IMG/VR virus record: IMGVR_UViG_3300010267_000001
Span: 1 to 59,759 of that record
Strand: one strand, 5' to 3'
DNA: 59,759 nt
DNA from: a virus
Taxonomy: Duplodnaviria; Caudoviricetes
The notes under the pieces were generated by a model that saw nothing but the letters and a program-made list of their open reading frames with translations, was not told the origin of the DNA and did no database searches. Position 1 is the stretch's first letter. Every line of letters starts with the position of its first letter. Of the stretch, positions 47,120-55,778 are shown piece after piece. The position numbers were made by a program, and so were the translations under genes.

Positions 47120-47330
47120 CTTATATGAACGGTTTGACCCGTTATAGTAGTTTGTGTAGATTTTAGAGAATTATTTTGAAAGTTGTTAGTTCGATAATTG
47201 TTCCAATGTCGAGGTAACTACGCTGGTATCTGTGGTGTGGTGTGATGATAATCATTTCCTCAGCTGTCGGTGACGGTAGTCGTGCAGATGTTTCTCCATT
47301 ATCCGCCTCCACCACATCACCATCGTATCC

Positions 47331-47465
47331 TTATGTGTCATACTCTTGCCCTGTAATCTCTTCGTATTCTTCAGCCGTAATAACTTTTCCCACGACATTG
47401 TAAACTCGCTCTTTACTCCATAACCCTTTGTCGTAGTACATCTTCACCCTGTCAAACCAACTCAT
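47331..47465 (-). CDS. XkdX family protein (44 aa, not in ORF track)
   Basis: MSWFDRVKMYYDKGLWSKERVYNVVGKVITAEEYEEITGQEY. Confidence 0.85.
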   Translation of the reverse strand: MSWFDRVKMYYDKGLWSKERVYNVVGKVITAEEYEEITGQEYDT

Positions 47466-47818
47466 ATTTCCACCCCCGTCATAATGGCAAGGTAATCAAT
47501 ATCGGCCCTTAAACGAAGGTTATCCGTCAATTCCTGCAGCTGTTTCCTTTGTTCATAGGCTTCACAGCCAGCGTTGAACACTTCAAGGGCTTTATCGTAG
47601 GAGTCAAACTCAAGCCCTTCAAACCATTCATTTCCTGCCTGGGTGATAGATTCAGTAGAGAATGGTATGCCTCTTTCGGTGAGCTTTTGTTCTATTTCAT
47701 TCTTGTGTTCTTCCGAGATACACCGTTCTTCCATTTCAATCGTTTCTTCACCTTGAGTTTCCTGCCAGGTCACTATATATCGAACCAATTCAACCTTATT
47801 ACCCAAAAGGCGAAACAT
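47462..47818 (-). CDS. fibre-associated protein preceding XkdX
   Basis: C-terminal LRADIDYLAIMTGVEI. Confidence 0.7.
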   Translation of the reverse strand: MFRLLGNKVELVRYIVTWQETQGEETIEMEERCISEEHKNEIEQKLTERGIPFSTESITQAGNEWFEGLEFDSYDKALEVFNAGCEAYEQRKQLQELTDNLRLRADIDYLAIMTGVEI

Positions 47819-47831
47819 TATATCACCTCAC

Positions 47832-49001
47832 TTAGTTATATTTGTTATTTACACTCGTATTGCTCGTCCCGCCCCCGATGACGACATTTTTGCCCATGCA
47901 GTTGTTTGAGGAAATGAGGTTATAGCTGTTGCTAGAACCTGATAGATGTATTGTATATTGACTTGAGGTGTAATCAGAGGATTGCCCTGTTCCACGTATG
48001 CAAGTGTTGCCTGTTATCGTGTTATTACTAGATGAAGATAGGAAGATACCGCTGTTGCTGTTGTTGTTGCAAGTGTTGCCTGTTACCGTGTTGTAGCTAC
48101 TAGATGAAAGTAGGCAGATGCCGTAGTTGTTGTTGTTGCAAGTGTTGCCTGTTACCGTGTTGTAGCTACTAGATGAAAGTAGGTAGATGCCATAGTTGTT
48201 GTTGTTGTTGCAAGTATTGCCTGTTACTGTGTTGTCGCTAGATGAATATTGATAGATGCCGAAGCTGTTATTGTTGCAAGTATTGCCTGTTACTGTGTTG
48301 TCGCTAGATGAATCTAGGCGAATGCCGGTGCTGTTGTTGTTGCAAGTATTGCCTGTTACCGTATTGTTGCTAGATGAATATTGATAGATGCCGTAGTTGT
48401 TGTTGTTACAAGTATTGCCTGTTACCGTGCTGTCGCTAGATGAATATAGGTAGATGCCATAGTTATAACTTGCAGTATATGTTGCCTTGTTCCCGTCAAT
48501 TTGCAAACCTTGTATTTTGCAACCGCTTTTTTCATTTAAGGTTATTAAGCCCTTCGCAGTAGAACCGCTATCCGCATCAGTCGAATTATACATTCTCTTT
48601 AAGATTGTAGTATTGCCGTTACCCCTTAAAGACACGTTATCCTTTGGAATATTGATACTCGCCGTAATATTATAAGTTCCATCAAGGATGACTACTTCCC
48701 CGCCAGTTGCGGGCAAATCATTTAGTGCTTGTATAATTTCTTCTTGGTCATTTGTTCCATCGCAAAGATAATCACAATCTTTTGCTGTCCAACCAGATGT
48801 TGATGTACCGATAACAAATCTCACTGTTTTTGCGTGTTGCGTACCATCTTCCAAATGTGTATTAAGGTCATCTATTATGTTCGTAATTTCTGCCAATGTA
48901 CTACTAACTGTATCTAAATTTATATTATTATTTACTGTAATTTTATCAGTTTTATCCTTTGCAGATTGACCAATCGCCCTAGCTATAATATCTGTTGCCA
49001 T
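47832..49001 (-). CDS. right-handed parallel beta-helix (pectin-lyase-like/NosD repeat) virion protein
   Basis: DYLCDGTNDQEEI...GGEVVILDGTY; about 7 repeats of GIYLxSSSxNTVTGNTCNNN. Confidence 0.85.
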   Translation of the reverse strand: MATDIIARAIGQSAKDKTDKITVNNNINLDTVSSTLAEITNIIDDLNTHLEDGTQHAKTVRFVIGTSTSGWTAKDCDYLCDGTNDQEEIIQALNDLPATGGEVVILDGTYNITASINIPKDNVSLRGNGNTTILKRMYNSTDADSGSTAKGLITLNEKSGCKIQGLQIDGNKATYTASYNYGIYLYSSSDSTVTGNTCNNNNYGIYQYSSSNNTVTGNTCNNNSTGIRLDSSSDNTVTGNTCNNNSFGIYQYSSSDNTVTGNTCNNNNNYGIYLLSSSSYNTVTGNTCNNNNYGICLLSSSSYNTVTGNTCNNNSNSGIFLSSSSNNTITGNTCIRGTGQSSDYTSSQYTIHLSGSSNSYNLISSNNCMGKNVVIGGGTSNTSVNNKYN

Positions 49002-49339
49002 TAGTCAGTCACCGTACCTTTCGCCGTTACCGCACCTGCACCTATAGCTGATAATCTTAATCTTACTCTCACATATCCTTCTAATGGTAAAGAGTACTTT
49101 CCATTAGCAGTAATATTAGGTGACATAGCATAAGTGTTAAGATTAACTACAGAAATTGCCGTATAATCATCTGTATCATTTGCTTTTGCTTCAACTACAA
49201 TATTAAAATTTTCCGCATTACCTGTAACTGCTATAGTAGCTGTACGCATTCTCGCTCCTACTAGTAATTCATTCCCATTTGAAACAGCGTTAGCATTGTC
49301 TAAAAATGGAAAGATAAGTTGTCTCACATTGTTTCCCAT
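49001..49339 (-). CDS. small beta-sandwich virion protein
   Basis: AAAGGAG RBS; beta-rich, RVRLRLSAI. Confidence 0.65.
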   Translation of the reverse strand: MGNNVRQLIFPFLDNANAVSNGNELLVGARMRTATIAVTGNAENFNIVVEAKANDTDDYTAISVVNLNTYAMSPNITANGKYSLPLEGYVRVRLRLSAIGAGAVTAKGTVTD

Positions 49340-49351
49340 GTTATTACTCCT

Positions 49352-49552
49352 TTATTTATAATTGAAATTTGAAATATATATTAAAGTATTCATTTGTGGA
49401 CGTTTCATAATAAACCATTTGTTTATACTAGGGTGAATAGGAGAAGGAATAGGTTCTTTAGTTCTTTTAGGATATTTTTTGAAATAATAAGAATTGTATT
49501 TTTGAAGTGTATCGTTATCTATTACTAATTTTATTACATTAATATAAATCAC
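49352..49552 (-). pseudogene. N-terminal fragment of a second RusA-like gene
   Basis: Aligns with 46512-46955 up to KRPQMNTL, then 9 unrelated codons and a stop. Confidence 0.8.
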
Positions 49553-49569
49553 CTTCTAAAAAATAAGAT

Positions 49570-49600
49570 AGGGTAGGGAATAAATATTCACCTACCCATA
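49570..49600 (-). terminator. hairpin/terminator
   Basis: GGGTAGG...CCTACCC inverted repeat. Confidence 0.55.
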
Positions 49601-49670
49601 ATATTATATTAATATAATTTGTTTCTATCAAAGTTATGCAGGTTGTACCATTTGTTTATTATATAAAATT

Positions 49671-49730
49671 AGGGAAGAAGTGTTCGGATGCACTTATTGT
49701 CAGTTGGGTGTTCAGTCCAACCTATCCCTT
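49671..49730 (-). ncRNA. candidate structured RNA (three-way junction) behind its own promoter
   Basis: AGGGA/UCCCU, GUUGG/CCAAC and AAGUG/CACUU stems; starts about 8 nt after a -10 box. Confidence 0.45.
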
Positions 49731-49737
49731 TAATTAT

Positions 49738-49766
49738 ATTATAATATTATATTATTATTTTGTCAA
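49738..49766 (-). promoter_or_regulatory. consensus sigma-A promoter
   Basis: TTGACA-AAATAATAATATAATAT-TATAAT on the minus strand. Confidence 0.85.
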
Positions 49767-49768
49767 TA

Positions 49769-50497
49769 TTAAGGTGTTGTTCTAGGTACAACTACATATT
49801 TACCATAAGAAGTAGAACCTATTGGCGTTTCACATATGAAGTTTATTGTATCTTGCTGGTTCTCTCCTGCGCTATATGCAGCAGTCAAATTACCATCTGG
49901 TCTTGCCTTATCAAAAATCCAATACAAATCAGCAACAACTTTTTCTGTATCTGGGTCATAACATATAGTATGTAATTGCACTTTATGGGGTTTTGGAAAT
50001 TCTTCAGCATTCAAATCAAGTACACTAGCAGTAGGTTGAGCTTCTTCGTATATTACCGTATAAAATTGCCCTGCCTGACCTCCTGTAATAGTAACTTTTC
50101 CAGCAGTAAAACTACCTGTTAATTCCTTGCCATTTTTATCAAGAACTGTTACTTCACCAACAGGAGTACCATCAATGGTAACTTCCACTGAACCTGCGTT
50201 ATCTACAGCCTGTTTTGTTTCTGACCTCAAAACATTTATTGCTTCGTCACTAAACAATCCACCACTTTGAAGAGCATAAATATCATCATTATGCAACGTG
50301 GTAGTGACTTCAAAATTTATATCTTTACTGTTATTTATAGTTGTTACACGTTTGTTTCCAATACCACCACGTATAGGAGTTGAATCTACTGTTTGATTTA
50401 CATTATTTGTTGAAGTCAATCCAATAAAATATGTTTTATCGTTTATTTCATCAATGGCAATTACTTCACAAACGTCATGTACAACAACGTTATTCAT
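49769..50497 (-). CDS. major tail (tube) protein
   Basis: Acidic, beta-rich; PIRGGIGNKR; position after tail terminator genes. Confidence 0.75.
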   Translation of the reverse strand: MNNVVVHDVCEVIAIDEINDKTYFIGLTSTNNVNQTVDSTPIRGGIGNKRVTTINNSKDINFEVTTTLHNDDIYALQSGGLFSDEAINVLRSETKQAVDNAGSVEVTIDGTPVGEVTVLDKNGKELTGSFTAGKVTITGGQAGQFYTVIYEEAQPTASVLDLNAEEFPKPHKVQLHTICYDPDTEKVVADLYWIFDKARPDGNLTAAYSAGENQQDTINFICETPIGSTSYGKYVVVPRTTP

Positions 50498-50514
50498 AAA
50501 TTAATTCCTCCTTA

Positions 50515-51219
50515 TTAATTATTAAATAAAGATTTAGATTTTTTCTCAAAATCTTTTATATTTGTTTTCTTTTCTTTTAACTCTGTCAAATCTATTGCCT
50601 TATACCACGATTCAATTTTTATATCATTAGAAACAGTAGCAAATAATGTAGTTGTATTATAATTTTTAAATTGACCTAATCTATAAAAAAGAGCATACAT
50701 TTCATATATATACAAGTCATTTGGCTTCGTACCAGAACCCAACCAAACACTTGTATATACAGCTTCAAAGTCAATATTATCATTGTTTTTCTTTTGAAAA
50801 AACTTTTTAAAAGCATTAAATTTTTCAATTTCTGGATTAGAACTTGGTTTCTCATAGTTTAAACAATTCATTTTTTTTATTAAATCAAGATAATATTGCA
50901 ACTCTTTATCATCTTGCACTAAATCAAAAACATCTTCATCAAAACACAATTTAAATAAATCTTTGAAACTTTGATATAAATTATAATTTTCGTAGTTAAA
51001 AAATTTAATTATCTCTAATAAAGATAATTTTTCAAAATATTCTTTATATTCTGGCTTAATGAATTTCATTATATCTTTTTTTTCTAAATATATAAGTTGT
51101 ATATATGGCAATAATGTAAGATATTCTTTAACTTTAAAAAACCTTATTTTGCCTATTCTTGTTTCAATAGGTTCGCAAAGTATATAAAATTCTCTTATAT
51201 CTTGCATATTATCTTCCAC
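50515..51219 (-). CDS. conserved virion-operon protein (tail assembly)
   Basis: Position in structural operon, SPbeta-like synteny. Confidence 0.55.
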   Translation of the reverse strand: MEDNMQDIREFYILCEPIETRIGKIRFFKVKEYLTLLPYIQLIYLEKKDIMKFIKPEYKEYFEKLSLLEIIKFFNYENYNLYQSFKDLFKLCFDEDVFDLVQDDKELQYYLDLIKKMNCLNYEKPSSNPEIEKFNAFKKFFQKKNNDNIDFEAVYTSVWLGSGTKPNDLYIYEMYALFYRLGQFKNYNTTTLFATVSNDIKIESWYKAIDLTELKEKKTNIKDFEKKSKSLFNN

Positions 51220-51712
51220 CCTTCAAAGTGGAACTGTTAACATTTATCCATAAAGTCATGCCAGAATAATCTTTGTTGAGTTTATATATTTTAAATCGTT
51301 CAATTTCACAAAGTCCAATACCCATGACATGTTTTTGGTCGATATCCTTAGCAATTTCATCTGCTATACGAAAAGGACGTATTTGACCTAATCCACTAAG
51401 CAACCAATATTGATAAGGTACAACAATATCAATAAGAAATGTTATATCACTTAAAGGCTGATTTCTTAAATTACCTTCATATGGATTTATGAATAGAATT
51501 ACTTTTTGTTCTTCTGAATCAAGTATATTATTATCAAATACATTTAATATTATATGACCTGTTTCTAATAAATCTACATCAACGTTAGGTTGGCTAATAG
51601 GGTCATTCACTAAATAGAAAATATATTTCTTTAAATTTTCATTTGACAATAATACTTCCAGCAGTTTTATAAGGTTATTTTCTATATGTCTAAATTTCTG
51701 ACTCCATTCCAT
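51209..51712 (-). CDS. tail terminator/completion protein
   Basis: IDIVVP..W...IRPFRIADEI motif; position. Confidence 0.6.
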   Translation of the reverse strand: MEWSQKFRHIENNLIKLLEVLLSNENLKKYIFYLVNDPISQPNVDVDLLETGHIILNVFDNNILDSEEQKVILFINPYEGNLRNQPLSDITFLIDIVVPYQYWLLSGLGQIRPFRIADEIAKDIDQKHVMGIGLCEIERFKIYKLNKDYSGMTLWINVNSSTLKGGR

Positions 51713-51724
51713 TAGCCCACCTCC

Positions 51725-52921
51725 TTAAAATATATTTTTAATCTGTATTCTTAAAAATTGCGGTTCAACATTGCCTTCTGTATCCTTGCACCACAACTTC
51801 ACATATCCCAATGTGTTACCAGTAGTTACTACACAAGTATTAGCAACTGAATCTTGTTCTATAATTGTTGCTAAAGTAGTTGGATTCCCCAAATCATCTG
51901 TTAACCAAAATTCAGACAACATACTTACAGGTATTCCGTTATCAGTAAATTTTGCAGTATATGTAGCTGTTCTACCTTTAACTATAGAAGTATTACCTGA
52001 TATAATCACCATGTAATTGTGTTGTGGTTCATCAATAAACTCAACAATAATACTATTTTTTATATTTTCATTATCTTTTAATGATACTGTAAATGTAACT
52101 ACACCTGTGCTTAATATATTAACTACACCGTTTTCATCAATTGTTGCAATTGTTTCATCACTTGATGTGTAAACAAGCGGTGGGGTAGGGGAAAGGACTT
52201 TGTCTCCATCTAACACTACACAATTAATCACAAAATTATCACTTACACTAACTTGAATATTATTTCCATTAAGTATATTAATATTATACTTTGGCAAATC
52301 TTGTTTTTCTGCTGTCCATTCACACTTGAGAATTATAAGCCCTGGATTAATAACGTCCGAAATGTCTATAACTTTATAATGATTAATACCTATTTTATAA
52401 ACTTCATCACGCTTAATTAGTTCAGTAATTTCGTTATGTGGTACTCTAACTATAATATCTGTACTAGGCTGAATATTAAACCTTGTTTCATCTACGCCCA
52501 TGCTATATAAGCGTGTAACATCTTCAATAATGCAAGGTACTTTATATAAAATACCGTTTTTATATACATTTAAATCATAATAAGACTTTGTTACAGTACA
52601 AGACTTAGAAACTGTAGTATATGTTACATCAGTACATATCCATTTTGCACCGTCAAATTCAAATATATCTCCAACTTTTACTTCATAATCAGGTGTTCTA
52701 AAAATTATTTTTTGATAATTATCATTTCGTCTTGACAGTGTTTCAGTATTAAATTTACCAACAACACGTGCTGTTATAGGATTGCCATTATGTAATACTT
52801 CTTTTATAGTTGTCGTGTTTTCATATTCCGAATTTACTAATTCCTGAAATTCATCTTTGTAAATTTCTGAAGGAGTTGATTTTGTTACAGATAAATAAGC
52901 ATTATAAGATTCATACGCCAT
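51725..52921 (-). CDS. head closure protein with C-terminal Ig-like domains
   Basis: VKVGDIFEFDGAKWIC; YTSSDETIATIDENG Big_2-like. Confidence 0.7.
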   Translation of the reverse strand: MAYESYNAYLSVTKSTPSEIYKDEFQELVNSEYENTTTIKEVLHNGNPITARVVGKFNTETLSRRNDNYQKIIFRTPDYEVKVGDIFEFDGAKWICTDVTYTTVSKSCTVTKSYYDLNVYKNGILYKVPCIIEDVTRLYSMGVDETRFNIQPSTDIIVRVPHNEITELIKRDEVYKIGINHYKVIDISDVINPGLIILKCEWTAEKQDLPKYNINILNGNNIQVSVSDNFVINCVVLDGDKVLSPTPPLVYTSSDETIATIDENGVVNILSTGVVTFTVSLKDNENIKNSIIVEFIDEPQHNYMVIISGNTSIVKGRTATYTAKFTDNGIPVSMLSEFWLTDDLGNPTTLATIIEQDSVANTCVVTTGNTLGYVKLWCKDTEGNVEPQFLRIQIKNIF

Positions 52922-52925
52922 ACAA

Positions 52926-53372
52926 TCAACTCCTTCTTTCTAATTTAGACCAATCAAAATTGTTATATGAATATTGTACAATTTGTTTGTCAACCATTTC
53001 TTTCATTGTGGTTAACAATTCTCTTTTCTCTTTAAGATTATTAGCTTGACTATACGTCTTAAAATCGGTATCTTGAAGAAAGTTTCTAAGACTTAATATA
53101 TCATTAACTTCTTTAGTCAACCACTCAACTATCATAAGATTAGAAAGTATAACTTTTTCATCAGTTGACAAAGTTTGGTTAAAAACTTTATTTGTATCAT
53201 CTCTATCTTCTAAATCTGTTTTACATTTTCTAAAATTTGCTATAGCTTTAATCAAAAAAGACATTAAATAATTTTCCATATCTTCTACGGATTTTTCATA
53301 CAGCCTATTTATCCTATAATCCTGAATAGAAGTAAGAAATAAATCAAATACTTCAGAATAGGGTGTTGCCAT
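52926..53372 (-). CDS. head-tail adaptor protein
   Basis: MATPYSEVFDLFL..I.DY...DFKTYSQAN; position after capsid. Confidence 0.7.
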   Translation of the reverse strand: MATPYSEVFDLFLTSIQDYRINRLYEKSVEDMENYLMSFLIKAIANFRKCKTDLEDRDDTNKVFNQTLSTDEKVILSNLMIVEWLTKEVNDILSLRNFLQDTDFKTYSQANNLKEKRELLTTMKEMVDKQIVQYSYNNFDWSKLERRS

Positions 53373-53384
53373 ATTACCACCCCT

Positions 53385-54029
53385 TTACTTGAGATGCTCT
53401 GCTATTTCATATAAATCTTTTCCGTATAACTCACTTATCACAGCAACCTTGTTTCTATCTACATATTCCCTCTTAACTATTTTATCTACTATTAAATCAA
53501 CTATAGTCTGTTTTAACTGCTTTGTAGTACCGTTGTACAAATCCCTAATTTTATCGTCATCATATTCAAGTATTCTATCAATAGTCTTTTTATCAAGTAT
53601 TTTCTTCATAAACTTTTCAAGATAATGCACCTTAATTACATCTTTATCAAGAACTACACAATATCCTTCTTCAAAAAATTTTCTCTGATATGAAATTATT
53701 TTTGCTAAATCGCTATACAAAATAGGCTGTGTTTCGCCAAAGAAATTAAACCTTAATGGTGTTTTATCATCTGCATATCTCTTCAGATTTAATCCACCCA
53801 TATATAAAGACATAACTTTTATAGGTTTATGCATTGGTATCTCAGGAAAAACTTCATTTTCATCTTTTATATCATTATTTTTCTCAACAGCAGAAACTTT
53901 TTCTGACATCAAAGTTTCAAGTTTTTTCTTTAATTCCTCAAGTTCTCTTTCGAGTTCTTCATTTCTTTTTACCAAATCTATATTTTCAGTTATCTTAGTA
54001 TTTGTTTTAGCATTCGATTTGCCTGCCAT
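53385..54029 (-). CDS. conserved hypothetical protein after major capsid
   Basis: ORF with RBS in structural operon. Confidence 0.65.
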   Translation of the reverse strand: MAGKSNAKTNTKITENIDLVKRNEELERELEELKKKLETLMSEKVSAVEKNNDIKDENEVFPEIPMHKPIKVMSLYMGGLNLKRYADDKTPLRFNFFGETQPILYSDLAKIISYQRKFFEEGYCVVLDKDVIKVHYLEKFMKKILDKKTIDRILEYDDDKIRDLYNGTTKQLKQTIVDLIVDKIVKREYVDRNKVAVISELYGKDLYEIAEHLK

Positions 54030-54062
54030 TCAACAATTCCACCTTTCTTCAATAATAATTAA

Positions 54063-54094
54063 ATAGGGAAGTGGAATACACCACTTCCCATTAT
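54063..54094 (-). terminator. terminator after major capsid gene
   Basis: GGGAAGTGG-AATACA-CCACTTCCC. Confidence 0.7.
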
Positions 54095-54100
54095 TTATAA

Positions 54101-55207
54101 TTAAGCTATTACATCCATTATTCCATATTTAGCATTGGTAGCAATACCAACTGCCCATCTCTTCTGGAGTGTAGTAGCCTGAGTAAGATTAGCGTTTGCA
54201 TACTGTCCATCAGTAATTGTAATAGTTTCACCTTCAAAACCAATCTTTACAAGCTTCTGTACACCAGTAGAAATGAAGTACAACTTATCATCTTCAAGAG
54301 CGAAAGAGTAATCTCCTGCTGTATCATCAATCTTCTGAGGAATTTCAAACAAGTCTACACCCATGAAAGTAGTTAAGTAACCCATGCGGTTATAAATATC
54401 GCCAAGCTGCATTTTAAGATAATCATTAGAAGGAAGTATCTTAGAAAGTGCAAGTTTAGTACCAAATACAACACATCTTGCACCACCATTAGCAGCCTGT
54501 ACTCTCTGAGCAAGTTTTACAAATCCATCAACAGTAAAAGAAGCTTCTTTGAAATTAGTAGGAAGTGTAGCATATGTATCATTAATTGCCTTATAAACAT
54601 CAATAGACAATTCTTTTTCCATAGCCAAAGCACACTTCATAGCATATTCAGCAAGATTTCTCTTGCCACACAAAATTCTATACAAGTCTTCTTCTACGGT
54701 TACAAAACGAGGCTCTGGAATAAGAGTAACCTGCCCGTTAAACTGTTTCTGTGCAAAAGTATGTCTCTTACCATTAGCACCTTTTGATACTATAAACAAA
54801 TCACTTGAAGCAATATCAAATACAAAATTATCACCAAATCCACCATTTCTGACTTCTGCAAACTGCATAAAGTCATCAACTACAACTTCAGGTATAACCA
54901 TATCTATCATTGAAGCAATGACTGCAAAAGTAGCCCATCTGTAGTTAGGATTGGTTTTCCATACTGCATCAGAGAAACCAGTATTGTTGATTCCTGCAAC
55001 TTCACCAATCCTTGCTTCTATTGCGTTATGCAATTTCTCGGTTTTTTCCTCAAAAGATACGCTTCTATCATAATCAACATTAGTTTTGAAATTTACTGCT
55101 CTATAGTGATTGAAATAATCTCCCCATGCTTTATACAAATCTACATTTCCATTAGAAAATTTCAATACATTATCTGGAATTCTTATCATATGATATTCTC
55201 CTTTCAT
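54101..55207 (-). CDS. major capsid protein
   Basis: About 360 aa; follows scaffold and decoration genes; FMQFAEVRN; followed by terminator; start probably 55189. Confidence 0.8.
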   Translation of the reverse strand: MKGEYHMIRIPDNVLKFSNGNVDLYKAWGDYFNHYRAVNFKTNVDYDRSVSFEEKTEKLHNAIEARIGEVAGINNTGFSDAVWKTNPNYRWATFAVIASMIDMVIPEVVVDDFMQFAEVRNGGFGDNFVFDIASSDLFIVSKGANGKRHTFAQKQFNGQVTLIPEPRFVTVEEDLYRILCGKRNLAEYAMKCALAMEKELSIDVYKAINDTYATLPTNFKEASFTVDGFVKLAQRVQAANGGARCVVFGTKLALSKILPSNDYLKMQLGDIYNRMGYLTTFMGVDLFEIPQKIDDTAGDYSFALEDDKLYFISTGVQKLVKIGFEGETITITDGQYANANLTQATTLQKRWAVGIATNAKYGIMDVIA

Positions 55208-55222
55208 TTTATATTTTTATTT

Positions 55223-55744
55223 TTATGCCTTCACACAAATAAATCTGTAAGCGGTAACTCTTTCATTACCAATTGAAACAAAAGTATCTCTTACATACTT
55301 ATAAGCAAGGGAAACACCACTAATATCATCTGTCCAAGTAAGTTTAGTAGTACCATCAGCGGGAGATATATAAGTATTTTCACCCTTAGTACCATCAATA
55401 CCATCAACAGTAATTACAACTTCATCTCCAATCATAGGCTTATACATTGTAAATACCTTACCAGCAGGAATATTAAATTCCCTAGGGTCATCAGTAAGTC
55501 CAGAATACTTGCCATTTACAAGTACATTTACAGGTTCATTTACCATATAGAAAATATCAGTTGCTAAAGTATCAGTAGCAGGTTTGTTTACAGTGTAAAC
55601 AAAAGCCTCATTCTTAGCAGTAGATTTTTCACCCAATGCAACAACATGACCATTTTCAACTGCAAAATTAGCCTTACCAAATTTATTCAAAGAATCAATA
55701 TTTTTTGCGGCTATTTCACCAGCTATAAGAACTGAATATGCCAT
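55223..55744 (-). CDS. head decoration/cement protein
   Basis: VENGHVVALG motif; between scaffold and capsid. Confidence 0.7.
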   Translation of the reverse strand: MAYSVLIAGEIAAKNIDSLNKFGKANFAVENGHVVALGEKSTAKNEAFVYTVNKPATDTLATDIFYMVNEPVNVLVNGKYSGLTDDPREFNIPAGKVFTMYKPMIGDEVVITVDGIDGTKGENTYISPADGTTKLTWTDDISGVSLAYKYVRDTFVSIGNERVTAYRFICVKA

Positions 55745-55778
55745 AAATAAATTCCTCCTTTAAATTTTATATTAATAA

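Larger units (their letters stand above)
669..55778. promoter_or_regulatory. dispersed AATAT(T/A)AATATAA(A/T)A motif (putative operator)
   Basis: Copies at about 669, 4679, 6285, 7395, 9011, 10190, 10441, 11232, 12831, 15845, 16437, 17073, 19282 and, on the minus strand, 26797, 49602, 55764. Confidence 0.65.

Noticed and set aside
47832-49001. Diversity-generating retroelement suggested by AAC-rich repeats
   Set aside because: No reverse transcriptase in the window and no TR/VR pair differing only at adenines; the repeats are in-frame beta-helix coils
49671-49730. Hammerhead ribozyme
   Set aside because: Three stems are present but the CUGANGA and GAAA core nucleotides are not
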